In this document: piece after piece, positions 46,178-55,393 of the stretch
How the letters are laid out: each line of letters starts with the position of its first letter
How positions within the stretch are numbered: the stretch's first letter is position 1
Source of the DNA: a virus
Lineage: Duplodnaviria; Caudoviricetes
Strand: one strand, 5' to 3'
Length of the DNA stretch: 56,983 bases
IMG/VR virus record: IMGVR_UViG_3300008261_000022
Span: 1-56,983 of that record
Position numbers and translations under genes: made by a program
Notes under the pieces: model-generated
Databases searched by the model: none
What the model was told of the DNA's origin: nothing
Seen by the model: the letters and a program-made list of their open reading frames with translations, nothing else

Positions 46178-46655
46178 TTGGTTCCTTTCCCCGATTTTCC
46201 ATTTCTCTGACTAAAGAACCAATTTCAATAATAAGTTTATATTTTCCTTTTGATGGGTCATCATCGTTTGGCTCTAACATCATGTATGAGCCATACCCTT
46301 TTTTAATGACATCGTAAATAGTCTTATCGTTTAAATAAGTGTACGCAATCTCCACACCTCTTGTTTTATTGGCAGAAATTAAAAACTTTGAAACAATAGA
46401 AAAAAACTCTTCTAATCCATTTGCCGTGATTGTGTGAAATTTAATTACTTGAAAGTCATCTTCAGGGACAAAAAGAATAAGCGTGTTTCCCATTCTAAAG
46501 ACTAACGATCCAGTATCTATCTGAACCTTAAAAGATGCCCTAGCAACCTCTAGAGGTATGCCTTTGTCTTTATAGTTCTTTTCCCAATCGGTGCGTAGAA
46601 TGTCATCTACGCTCATCGATCCAAACGCTTTACGATATGACTTCTCTTCCGTCAT
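46164..46655 (-). CDS. Hypothetical protein, possibly GNAT-like (T7 gp13/P22 gp14 position)
   Basis: Alternating beta/alpha pattern; lies between nozzle and ejection genes. Confidence 0.5.
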   Translation of the reverse strand: MTEEKSYRKAFGSMSVDDILRTDWEKNYKDKGIPLEVARASFKVQIDTGSLVFRMGNTLILFVPEDDFQVIKFHTITANGLEEFFSIVSKFLISANKTRGVEIAYTYLNDKTIYDVIKKGYGSYMMLEPNDDDPSKGKYKLIIEIGSLVREMENRGKEPNGLG

Positions 46656-47344
46656 GCCGCCACCCATTTAGAGTCATCGTGATTATTGGGATGAAAATTC
46701 TTTTGAAAGATTTCTGTGTAAGGAATCCAAGACTTGAAAATCAACTCCAAGCCAAGACCCACAAACGACTTTATTGTTGACAGTTTCCACAAAACGCCAT
46801 CTTCTTTGCATTTTGTAATCGTGTACTTGAGAACCGAATTTAGAACATAGAACATATTCAAGGCGGCTACTTTTTTGAGGGTATAGCGGGAATTGCCAAA
46901 ATGAATCCACAGATCCATGGCTAGACTTTTATGCTCCAACTCTTCCCTACAATGCCACTTGTACAGATTTAATTCTTTACTTGCTTGGTTCTCATACCGC
47001 TTTAAAAAGGTTCTAGCACCGCAGGCGGCCATATGCTCAATCGACACCATAGTGGCCAACCACATTTGATGGTTTGGCCGGCGAAAGACCAACCGAGCCT
47101 TTCTCAACTCCCGTGCCTCCATGTTGCCTAGGTCATGAGCCTTGTTATGTGCCTGATGGGCGTTGGCATGGGCTAACTCTTGTTTACAGAACTGGTCGAT
47201 CCGGACTTTTAAGTCCTCATCGCTAACTTTTTCTTTATAGTGCGAGGCAACATAAACAAATGCTTTTTCCCAAGCCGGGAACAGGATGCTCCATCCATCA
47301 TAGAAGTGCGTTCTTACAGGATTGTTTTCGCACCAATACTTCAT
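46652..47344 (-). CDS. Predicted metal-dependent hydrolase (PF10118-like, ferritin-like diiron fold)
   Basis: LFPAWE..FV, F..QELAH...H, IEH, WH..EELEHKSLA.D, FHP..HD. Confidence 0.78.
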   Translation of the reverse strand: MKYWCENNPVRTHFYDGWSILFPAWEKAFVYVASHYKEKVSDEDLKVRIDQFCKQELAHANAHQAHNKAHDLGNMEARELRKARLVFRRPNHQMWLATMVSIEHMAACGARTFLKRYENQASKELNLYKWHCREELEHKSLAMDLWIHFGNSRYTLKKVAALNMFYVLNSVLKYTITKCKEDGVLWKLSTIKSFVGLGLELIFKSWIPYTEIFQKNFHPNNHDDSKWVAA

Positions 47345-47610
47345 GAGACCGATCCTGGGTTCACCGAAGCCAACAAAGCCGCCGCCCAATCAAACCAATT
47401 GTCATAGTTGTCGGTCGATGGAATTGCTTCATTAGTAAAGATATCGATAGCCTTTAGGCCGTTGCCCCACAACTTCCAATCGGTGAGCTGGGTGGGTATT
47501 TCCAATTGTTGAGCCGTATATTGCTCGCACATCAAGGCCGCCCAAGATTCAAAGGTATGGAACCGTGGGTCATAGATTAGGGGTTGCCCCGCTTGGGCAG
47601 AGATCGTCAT
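47341..47610 (-). CDS. Small Trp-rich virion-module protein
   Basis: ATGA coupled to nozzle gene. Confidence 0.65.
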   Translation of the reverse strand: MTISAQAGQPLIYDPRFHTFESWAALMCEQYTAQQLEIPTQLTDWKLWGNGLKAIDIFTNEAIPSTDNYDNWFDWAAALLASVNPGSVS

Positions 47611-49841
47611 GAGTAGCCTCGGACATCACCAATATCTGCATTCAGGATTACTCGACCAAGTTGATAGTTACCTCCGACCACATTGGAGGTGAACTTGAGC
47701 CTGAGCTCCCGGCGCTGCTCTTTCATATCGATCTTGCCGGTGGTTGGGTCAAAAAAGAACGGCGAGGAGTCTTGGTCAGCAATTTGGGCGTATGGCCTTC
47801 CGGTCACTATTAGGCTCATTTGGCCGTTTTGAACGAAGTCCGGCTCTACCCGCTCAAGCCTGATCCAACGGTTTGCCCCTTCCATGGTTGGTTGCGATGG
47901 GCCACCGGCCACCCAACCCAAGTCTGAGGTCTCAAAGTAAGACTCAATGGCAACCACATTTTGGCCGTTGATGGCATCCACCCCGACTTCGTGCTGGTAA
48001 ATATCAATCCGGTTTTCCGGAGTCTTAAAAGTAATATCCCCGGTTGCCGTGGCTACCGGAGGGTTAGACAAGGTAATGACAATCACCCAAAGGTTAGTCA
48101 CCGGAACCGCAAATCCCGATCCGCTACCCCCAAGGTTTGTATTGCTTGCAGAAAGAGAGTCTCCGACCTCATAACCCGCACCCGGATCAAATATCGTAAC
48201 GGCGGTAACCGCACCCCCGGAGACTGTTATATTGGCCGTAGCGCCCGCTCCTGAGCCTCCTGTGAGGGGGACATTAGTGTAGACGGCATCGACATACCCA
48301 GACCCCGGCGTAATCGCTCCTATGGTCTCTATACCGCTTGATTGGATAGCCGTAATCGTTGTGTTATTGGGTATATCCAACCCCTCAACCACATCGTTGA
48401 CCCGTAGCGATCCGTAATAGGTATCGGTGGTCAACTTATCCAAACCGTTTGTGTAAGAAAACGAAGCGGTCAGGCGGGTTTCTTGGGGCAGAACATCCCA
48501 ATCGGCCTGAATTGGAAAGGCGAAGACCTGAGAGAAGTACCCCGCCGACCTTCTTGCTCCTATAGCCTCGCCAGCGTCATACCAAGTGTTTTCCCTAATG
48601 TTGTAAATAATCGCATCGTTACACTCAGTTGAGTTACCGCGGGGGTAGAACCACCACACCTCGCCAAATCGAGGAACCTTGGTTACCCATACCTTTTGCC
48701 TTTGGGAATAGTTCAGATTGTCAAAGAACCAGTTTTGGTTCATCTGATTGGGTATCTCTTTCACCACCCCGTTATAGAGCAAAAACCGATCCGTTCCGCA
48801 CCAATAGTAGACCCCATCGTATTCAATAGCGGATTGGGAAGACAGAATTGATGACTGAGACGAGATGATGTCGTACCGCCAAAATGTGGGCGGAGCAAAG
48901 TTTCCGGTGCCAGCTACACCCAAGGATTGGGGGTTGTAGGACACCCTGACTAGCGAGTCTAGCGACCAAAAAAGCCCTGATGGGGCGTTTGAACCACCCC
49001 GAACAGGTAGTCCTTGGATGATCTTTCCGGTGGCCACATTGGTCTCGTTGGCATCGGCAGACACCCAATCTTGGGCATTACCCGCTGAGCAGTTCCTGAT
49101 CAGGCCATTGTTACCATATACAAATACATAAGGGTGAAGGGATACCACCCCGCCAGATACGGTCACATTGTTATTAAAGGTTGCGGTCACCGTTGCCGAT
49201 GCGGATGCATTGTTTGAAATTACAACCGCCGTTCCAGAGACCGAAACCACGGTGGTTGAAGCCGGAATTCCAGCCCCTGTGATCGTTTGGCCGGCACCAA
49301 TTAGAGTGTTGGCCGCAGCCAAGGTCAGGTTTGGGGTGCCAGTTGAGGTTGTAACTGAGTCAGTAAAAACACCTATTTGACTCATTGTTGTGCCGTTAAT
49401 GTCTCCAATCAAAACCGGGCTATTAGTTGTGTTGTCGATTGCCCCAAGGTTTTGGCCTGGGTGGGCAAGCAGAGAATTTACCCCCGCTCCGGCAACATCG
49501 TAGAAGCCATCGAACTGCCAAAGGTTGGTTGATGTGGCCGTAAAGTTAGAAAGGGTGAAGTTGTTTACCCCGGCACCCACCCCGTTGTCATCGATGATGA
49601 GCTCTTGAAGGCCGCTTGAATAACCGGAAAAGACAAAGTTAAAGCCGTTTTGGGGGTTGACCCAAACGCCCCTAGATGGCCCCAAAAGTTCATTGGCGAT
49701 AACCCGATAGCCCCCGACTTTACGAGGTCGGCCACGCTGAAACCTTACCCAACGGCCATCGTTGTAGTACTGCTTATCGAATACCGTACCATCCCGCTGG
49801 ATACCGGCAAGAGTATCGAGGGCGAATACCTTTTGCGTCAT
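47607..49841 (-). CDS. Tail nozzle/tubular protein B-like (beta-propeller) with inserted fibre-like domains
   Basis: WVRFQRGRPRKVGG N-terminus, FGEVWWFYP..IYNIRENTW, inserted GSGY/GGSGSG repeats. Confidence 0.65.
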   Translation of the reverse strand: MTQKVFALDTLAGIQRDGTVFDKQYYNDGRWVRFQRGRPRKVGGYRVIANELLGPSRGVWVNPQNGFNFVFSGYSSGLQELIIDDNGVGAGVNNFTLSNFTATSTNLWQFDGFYDVAGAGVNSLLAHPGQNLGAIDNTTNSPVLIGDINGTTMSQIGVFTDSVTTSTGTPNLTLAAANTLIGAGQTITGAGIPASTTVVSVSGTAVVISNNASASATVTATFNNNVTVSGGVVSLHPYVFVYGNNGLIRNCSAGNAQDWVSADANETNVATGKIIQGLPVRGGSNAPSGLFWSLDSLVRVSYNPQSLGVAGTGNFAPPTFWRYDIISSQSSILSSQSAIEYDGVYYWCGTDRFLLYNGVVKEIPNQMNQNWFFDNLNYSQRQKVWVTKVPRFGEVWWFYPRGNSTECNDAIIYNIRENTWYDAGEAIGARRSAGYFSQVFAFPIQADWDVLPQETRLTASFSYTNGLDKLTTDTYYGSLRVNDVVEGLDIPNNTTITAIQSSGIETIGAITPGSGYVDAVYTNVPLTGGSGAGATANITVSGGAVTAVTIFDPGAGYEVGDSLSASNTNLGGSGSGFAVPVTNLWVIVITLSNPPVATATGDITFKTPENRIDIYQHEVGVDAINGQNVVAIESYFETSDLGWVAGGPSQPTMEGANRWIRLERVEPDFVQNGQMSLIVTGRPYAQIADQDSSPFFFDPTTGKIDMKEQRRELRLKFTSNVVGGNYQLGRVILNADIGDVRGYS

Positions 49842-51082
49842 TAGAATGTTCCGCCAAGCACACCGCCGCTAAATGTCCCGGTTCCCGTGACAACGATCCC
49901 TGAGGAGGTTGCCCTAAACCTTTGGGTTCCCTGAACCGTAATTCCAAACTGCCCTGTAGCGGGTCTATAAATGCCCGTAGTAGGCTCTGAGGAAAAGGAT
50001 AGGGATGGAGATCCAACCGTTCCATCCGTGATCGACAGGGTCACCGTACCGGCCAAAATGGTCGAAGCGTTTAGAAGATTGACTGAGTCGCAAAGAAGAA
50101 TAACCTGTTGGCCAGCGGGAACGACCGCCGCCCCGGCTCCTGGCAATCCGGTGGTTATGGTGATATCAAAATTTGATGCCGTGCCATCGGTTTGGTTGGT
50201 TACATAATAAACCTGAATGGTCTGAGGCACCTCAATGGTGACATTGCCGGTCAATGTGCCCGTGTACTTTTGGATCACATTGGAGGCTTCCGAAGGGGTC
50301 AAGGTGTAGGTTCCGGTCGTTACCGCCTTGGTCAGCTGGGTAAAGTTAAATTCCGCTCCTCTACCAATACCCACCGTAAAGAACCCAGACCCTGAACAAA
50401 TCAAAAAGCAAGAATCCGAAGGTTGTAGGTTTAAAGAGGCGTTACCATCAACCAATTCGCCGCCGGGAGGGGTCAGGGATAGGGTTCCTGTACCGCCATT
50501 TCGGATTACCGTGAACCAATTGTCCCCAAGAGTAAGGGAAGAGGTCAGGGTAAAAGTCCCCGTGCCCCCTGTCCAAACCAAGGTTTGAGCTCGATCTGTG
50601 TCTACTACCGTGTAATTACTATTAATTGAAATAACCGGATGAGACTGATTTAGGGTGTTGCCGCTTGCCAAAAGGCCGTATCCGGCAAGGGTGGAGGCAT
50701 CCACATTGGATGTGCCGACACCGAAAGCAATGACCCCCCAGGTTCCCGCCGTGTTGGGGTTGGTCTCAATATAGATGTATTTAGCCTGTCCGGCGGCTAT
50801 GGCAACAATGGTGTTCCCATCAAAGTCAGCCACCGTGAAGGTATTTGCCCCTACATTTCGGATCAGGGCATCGTTACCCACCGAAGCCTGATTGGCAGGC
50901 GGCATATCCAAGCGCAGGCCGGCCGCCGTAGCCGTGACTTCCATAATCCTAGCGGCATAGTCATCGGTCGCATTGCCGTTGATTGGCCACTCAAGCTGAA
51001 GGTTGGCAGACAGGGTTATCGCCCGATAGGCGACATCGGTCGGCTGAACCACATTACCGGTAAAAGGCGAGTTATAGCTCAT
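49841..51082 (-). CDS. Tail structural protein / fibre base
   Basis: Beta-rich; C-terminal PSLSFSSEPTTGIYRP and GGTF end. Confidence 0.65.
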   Translation of the reverse strand: MSYNSPFTGNVVQPTDVAYRAITLSANLQLEWPINGNATDDYAARIMEVTATAAGLRLDMPPANQASVGNDALIRNVGANTFTVADFDGNTIVAIAAGQAKYIYIETNPNTAGTWGVIAFGVGTSNVDASTLAGYGLLASGNTLNQSHPVISINSNYTVVDTDRAQTLVWTGGTGTFTLTSSLTLGDNWFTVIRNGGTGTLSLTPPGGELVDGNASLNLQPSDSCFLICSGSGFFTVGIGRGAEFNFTQLTKAVTTGTYTLTPSEASNVIQKYTGTLTGNVTIEVPQTIQVYYVTNQTDGTASNFDITITTGLPGAGAAVVPAGQQVILLCDSVNLLNASTILAGTVTLSITDGTVGSPSLSFSSEPTTGIYRPATGQFGITVQGTQRFRATSSGIVVTGTGTFSGGVLGGTF

Positions 51083-51717
51083 TATGAATCCAATACGGTG
51101 GCTTGACGATCCGCAATCCGTATGAGGTCTTCAGTCTTCAAGACATTGACAATCTTGTCGTACTGACCCTGCCACATCGGAATGCGCTCATCGTTTTTAA
51201 GGAAAGGCATGGCCTGCAAAAGGCTCCCGTAAAGCATGGCTTGGGGAGCATAAATCGTGAACCAATTGGTCTGATTTGAGGAATCTAGGGGTTGGAGCCG
51301 CTCGTAGTACAGAACCTCAAAGTTGTACGCCGAAGCCGGAGTTGGGGCTACCAACCAATGGGTATAGTCATAGTCACAGTAGAACTTGGGGACATCCGTA
51401 TCCGTAGGATCAGGCCAATATTCCCTCAAGTACTCATATTTACGAAGTAATACGGGGCGGCGCTCTCCGGCCACAACCACATTCATAGACACGGTTTTGT
51501 GCCATCTAGCGGGCTTATCGATGACCGCTTGGGAAGCCACCATAGTGCTTTGCTGAACCGTAAGGTTGCCCAAGAACTTGATCTCTGCGGCCAAGACCTG
51601 CTCAGCGAGCATGATAAAGGTGGGGATCTTATCTAGGGTGGCCTGATCGGTTCGCTCTAAATAGGTGGAAATATCATCCACCAAGGAGTCGTAGGTCATT
51701 ACGGCCGCAACGGTCAT
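51082..51717 (-). CDS. Second adaptor/tail tubular-like protein
   Basis: MTYDSL...YLERTD...IPTFI.LAE, VAPTP..AY..E..YY, TNWF...AP..LYG.L. Confidence 0.65.
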   Translation of the reverse strand: MTVAAVMTYDSLVDDISTYLERTDQATLDKIPTFIMLAEQVLAAEIKFLGNLTVQQSTMVASQAVIDKPARWHKTVSMNVVVAGERRPVLLRKYEYLREYWPDPTDTDVPKFYCDYDYTHWLVAPTPASAYNFEVLYYERLQPLDSSNQTNWFTIYAPQAMLYGSLLQAMPFLKNDERIPMWQGQYDKIVNVLKTEDLIRIADRQATVLDS

Positions 51718-51884
51718 TACCACTTCCCTTTCTTAGCCTTGGCTCCAGCCATATTGGCCACCAAGGAGGGATACTTTGTGCCGGTTTTTTTAGCAAAAGC
51801 CTTGGCCGCCCGCTTTTGGTTGGGGCTAAGTTTCGATGGCTTTCCTAGCCCTTTGGGGCGCTCTTTTTCCCAAACTTCACTCAT
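51717..51884 (-). CDS. Small basic protein (55 aa, not in ORF track)
   Basis: MSEVWEKERPKGLGKPSKLSPNQKRAAKAFAKKTGTKYPSLVANMAGAKAKKGKW; ATGA and TAATG coupling. Confidence 0.75.
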   Translation of the reverse strand: MSEVWEKERPKGLGKPSKLSPNQKRAAKAFAKKTGTKYPSLVANMAGAKAKKGKW

Positions 51885-52330
51885 GAGAAGCTCCTTGTTC
51901 CGCTTTTGTCAATTATCAGGGCTTGTCCGCGAGGCTGCATCTCAGGTGCGTTTGGCACCGAAATATGAGTCCAAGAGTCAAACTCTAGAATAATCTGATC
52001 AAAGGCTACTTTGGAGGCCATGCAGGCTTCTACCACCTCCCGTGGTGTCATCCCCGGAACTCTGAGGTCAGCCGCACAGCCAAGCCGGTGCTGCGACGAA
52101 TCTTTTGAACCGACCGCATCATTTACTGCTTTTGAGCGGTAGGCGCTATTGATCATCACGGCTTTGCCGCCTATCGCTTTTTTGACCTCTTGGAGGAGGC
52201 CGGCAAGGCGTTTGAGGTTTTCGATTTCAGCGCCATTAGGCGTGTTTTCAACGCCAAGGCGAACTGCCGTATCCGAGCGAGTAAGTTCTTCATAAGTAAA
52301 GTTCTCCGATAATTTATCAGTTGGGTTCAT
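51881..52330 (-). CDS. Endolysin, peptidase M15A family
   Basis: LSENFT..E, INSAYRS..VN.AVG....SQH..G.AAD, WTHIS Zn-peptidase motifs. Confidence 0.9.
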   Translation of the reverse strand: MNPTDKLSENFTYEELTRSDTAVRLGVENTPNGAEIENLKRLAGLLQEVKKAIGGKAVMINSAYRSKAVNDAVGSKDSSQHRLGCAADLRVPGMTPREVVEACMASKVAFDQIILEFDSWTHISVPNAPEMQPRGQALIIDKSGTRSFS

Positions 52331-52782
52331 TTCTTTTCCAAAATCTCATCTAGTTGCTTGCTCTTTTCTTTGGAACCAGCCGACGAACCAAAGTAATAGG
52401 AGAGGATTTGGGTTACTGCCGCCGACAAAACTCCTAAGATGTAGATCAGGATGTCCTTGGCGGCCGGCTTGACCTCAATAAAGATCAAGATTGCAAAAAG
52501 GACAAACGACAGGGTAATGACCCCTAGGCTTAGGATTGAGTTGATGTTTTTGGTGATTGGGTGGACATCGGCTTTTGCCATCTCAGCCTCACGACCGCGA
52601 GCTGAGTCCCGGTCTTTGGCCTCAATCTCCATCCTTTTGACATCGGCCTCTAGGTGGGCTAACTCACCCTTTTGGGCTAATTCTAAGAGTTTGGTTTGGG
52701 CTTCAGCTTTTGCCGCAGGGTCAGGCAGTACGCGGTCTAAGACCTTCTCGCCAATCTTCAGGATGGTATCTAAACCAATCAT
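52327..52782 (-). CDS. Putative holin
   Basis: DRVLPDP..KAEA N-terminus, two TM helices, YYFGSS motif; adjacent to endolysin. Confidence 0.7.
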   Translation of the reverse strand: MIGLDTILKIGEKVLDRVLPDPAAKAEAQTKLLELAQKGELAHLEADVKRMEIEAKDRDSARGREAEMAKADVHPITKNINSILSLGVITLSFVLFAILIFIEVKPAAKDILIYILGVLSAAVTQILSYYFGSSAGSKEKSKQLDEILEKK

Positions 52783-53396
52783 TTCTTACTCCTTGAAAGC
52801 ATGGTTGCGGCAATATTAAGCATCGCCTTGGTTTGGTCTAAATCAGCGGGAGGGGTAGCCCAACCCACGGTGATCTGTCCTACAAACCTACTTGGCTCAG
52901 GCGGGACACTAATCCTGCACCCAAACCGCATACCCTTCTCGATGTACCACAAACCAATCTCTGACTGCGCCGCCTTGTATTCCCCGCAAGGAATCGTTCC
53001 TGCCATCAGCGCCACTACATCCTGGTTGTTGCCCTGGTTGGCGGTAAAGAGTCCGACATCCAGCCCATCATTCGTTTTGTCCCTACCCTCCTTGGTATAC
53101 GCCCGATACTGCACCCGCGTTCCAAGTAGGGGGTTAACCTTAAACACCGCCACGGTAGTCGCACCCGTGGTCTTAAATAAGTGGGCTACGGCATCCTCAA
53201 CCCGGTCTTCAACAATGTCCGGCAACTTCTGGTGTTCTTTATAGGTGCCTACGATTAGGTCTTTGTTGTCGTAAACCACCCAACCACCAAAGGCCAAGAC
53301 CGCCATTAGGATCAAGGCAAACAACTTAAAGGGCGAGTCCACATACGCCAACACCTTAGAGAGCGTGTCATTAGCGTTTAGCTTCTCAGTCACCAT
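52779..53396 (-). CDS. Membrane-anchored hypothetical protein
   Basis: N-terminal TM helix followed by soluble alpha/beta domain. Confidence 0.7.
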   Translation of the reverse strand: MVTEKLNANDTLSKVLAYVDSPFKLFALILMAVLAFGGWVVYDNKDLIVGTYKEHQKLPDIVEDRVEDAVAHLFKTTGATTVAVFKVNPLLGTRVQYRAYTKEGRDKTNDGLDVGLFTANQGNNQDVVALMAGTIPCGEYKAAQSEIGLWYIEKGMRFGCRISVPPEPSRFVGQITVGWATPPADLDQTKAMLNIAATMLSRSKK

Positions 53397-53854
53397 GCCC
53401 CCGTTGCTTTAAGAATCCCGTAAAACACCGCCGCAACCGTAAAGATGATTATCCAAATCAGACGCTCTTCATGCCTTGCCCGTTGGAACTCATAGTCAAG
53501 CATCTTTCTTTCCTTACGCATTTGGCTAACTAAAGCCTTAACCTCCGTTACCGCTGGCTTGCCAAACTCCCGCTCCATGTCATCGTACATACCCTCTTCG
53601 GCGGCACGGATCTTTCTGACTTCACGGTACTCCTTGGCGGCATCAACGAAAACTAAATCACCGCGCCTTTGTAACTGTAACTGCTTCTTTTTCCACGCAA
53701 TCCTAGCCTTGGCTTCCTCATCGAGAAAGTTACTAACCTCCTTGCCGGTCTCCTTGATCTCCCGACCAACTTTGATGGCTTCTTTGATACCCCCAAGGGC
53801 GGCTCTTGCGGATGCCGCCGGATCGGTAGGGTCCGGTAAGTTCGACATGAGCAA
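53390..53854 (-). CDS. Coiled-coil protein with C-terminal TM helix
   Basis: LIWIIIFTVAAVFYGIL. Confidence 0.65.
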   Translation of the reverse strand: MLMSNLPDPTDPAASARAALGGIKEAIKVGREIKETGKEVSNFLDEEAKARIAWKKKQLQLQRRGDLVFVDAAKEYREVRKIRAAEEGMYDDMEREFGKPAVTEVKALVSQMRKERKMLDYEFQRARHEERLIWIIIFTVAAVFYGILKATGAW

Positions 53855-53869
53855 GCTCCGTAGACATTT

Positions 53870-54067
53870 TTACAGACCAAATAACTTCTTAATAAACTCA
53901 GCGGCAACGCCAGGGCCAAATAACACCGCAAAAATCGTTGCGTAAAGAAGATATTCAATCTTGCTCATACGCTTGTCCCCATCCTTTAATTGATGGGAAA
54001 TATGCTCATACCTCTGAGCGCAAACCGCTTCGTGAACGGCCAATCGAGTTTCCACAGACTCCTCCAT
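53870..54067 (-). CDS. Small coiled-coil plus TM protein (holin/XhlA-like)
   Basis: HEAVCAQRY...RMSKIE + TM helix. Confidence 0.65.
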   Translation of the reverse strand: MEESVETRLAVHEAVCAQRYEHISHQLKDGDKRMSKIEYLLYATIFAVLFGPGVAAEFIKKLFGL

Positions 54068-54069
54068 GA

Positions 54070-54276
54070 TTAGGGCAGCGTTCCAATAAAGGCTTTAGCC
54101 GCTTGGGCAGTCATCACATTGCCAGAAGCGTCTTGCAGTTCTGCGCCAGCCGTGACTGCCTTCTTAAACTCTGCGTAGTCTGTGTTGGCGGGGTCAAATG
54201 GGATGTTGGAATTGCCATTTAAGTTTACAATTACGCAAAACATATTTGAATATTGGTCTTTAATTTGTTTATACAT
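54070..54276 (-). CDS. Small tail-fibre-associated protein
   Basis: IPFDPANTDY motif; follows a fibre gene. Confidence 0.7.
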   Translation of the reverse strand: MYKQIKDQYSNMFCVIVNLNGNSNIPFDPANTDYAEFKKAVTAGAELQDASGNVMTAQAAKAFIGTLP

Positions 54277-54277
54277 T

Positions 54278-55393
54278 TTATAACTCGCTTGCGGCTTCCC
54301 AAGTAAATCGGGTGTAAGTATTTGCTGTTCCTGAAGTTACTGCAATAAAACTAACCTGTTTTGCTCCAATGTTTGTTGCTGTTGCGCTGCGGTCTGTTCC
54401 GCCACTACTTACTTGCCCTGCCGTTGTAGACCCTTGCGCTCTTAAAGTAACTGTTGGCGCAGCCCTCATTGGAATTTGAAAAGGAAATCCGCTGCAATTT
54501 CCATCTCCCCAAGAAAGCAAATGAATAGCGTCAGAAAGTGATGTTGAAACTCCGGGTTGATTTCCAACATTAAAAGAGTTTTGATAATACCGTAAACAAA
54601 GTTGTAACTCACGCCCATAATCTATGCGCTCAAACGGTGTAGCAACAGAGCCTACTTCGAGTTGAACGCCTGTGATGTACCAAGTGGCATTGAGAGTGCC
54701 GATAACATTTGTTGCTCCAGTTGCGCCAAGATAAGTAGCGCCAGCCCATGAACCAGCAGTTCCACGATAAGTTGAACCCACTCCTAAATCAAAGTGCAGT
54801 CGAATACCAATACCTGTTGTGGTTAGCCATGTTCCACTAGTGTCACCAGCAATGGTTACTGTTTTGTATTCGTAAGTATTTGCTGCTGAAATTGTATAAG
54901 TAAACGGATAAGAACGATTTTGTGCGCTATTAGAAATAACCCCACCAAATGTTCCTGTAAGGCTTGACCGAACCCAAAACGACAAAGTAACTGTTTTGGC
55001 AGATGCCGTTCCCCACGCTAAATCAGCAACATTTGTACCTTCAATATATTGGTTAAAAAGATAAAACTGAGTAGCACCTATGCTTGCATCTGCTGTTGTT
55101 ACAGTAGCGATGACGGAGTTTACAAATCCACTTGGAGCAGTAGATGATTGTTGTAAAGTAAACACGCCATCAGTTGCTTGCCCAGAACCAAAAAACCTAT
55201 CTACAGGAAAAAATGTGCCAGTTGAATTTACAGTAATCGCCGCACCAGCGTTCCTCTGGTCAATCCTCATGTCACCATTGATGATGCGGTTGCGGAAGCC
55301 CTGCAAACTATCCGCAGTAGGGGTCATGCTATTTATAGTAGCGGTATTGCCACCACTAGCGTCTAAGATTGCGTTTGCTCGTACTGTACTCAT
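54278..55393 (-). CDS. Tail fibre/spike with carbohydrate-binding-like domain
   Basis: FRNRIINGDMRIDQR...TLSFWVRS...ITGVQLEVGSVATPFE...CLRYY...MRAAPT. Confidence 0.8.
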   Translation of the reverse strand: MSTVRANAILDASGGNTATINSMTPTADSLQGFRNRIINGDMRIDQRNAGAAITVNSTGTFFPVDRFFGSGQATDGVFTLQQSSTAPSGFVNSVIATVTTADASIGATQFYLFNQYIEGTNVADLAWGTASAKTVTLSFWVRSSLTGTFGGVISNSAQNRSYPFTYTISAANTYEYKTVTIAGDTSGTWLTTTGIGIRLHFDLGVGSTYRGTAGSWAGATYLGATGATNVIGTLNATWYITGVQLEVGSVATPFERIDYGRELQLCLRYYQNSFNVGNQPGVSTSLSDAIHLLSWGDGNCSGFPFQIPMRAAPTVTLRAQGSTTAGQVSSGGTDRSATATNIGAKQVSFIAVTSGTANTYTRFTWEAASEL

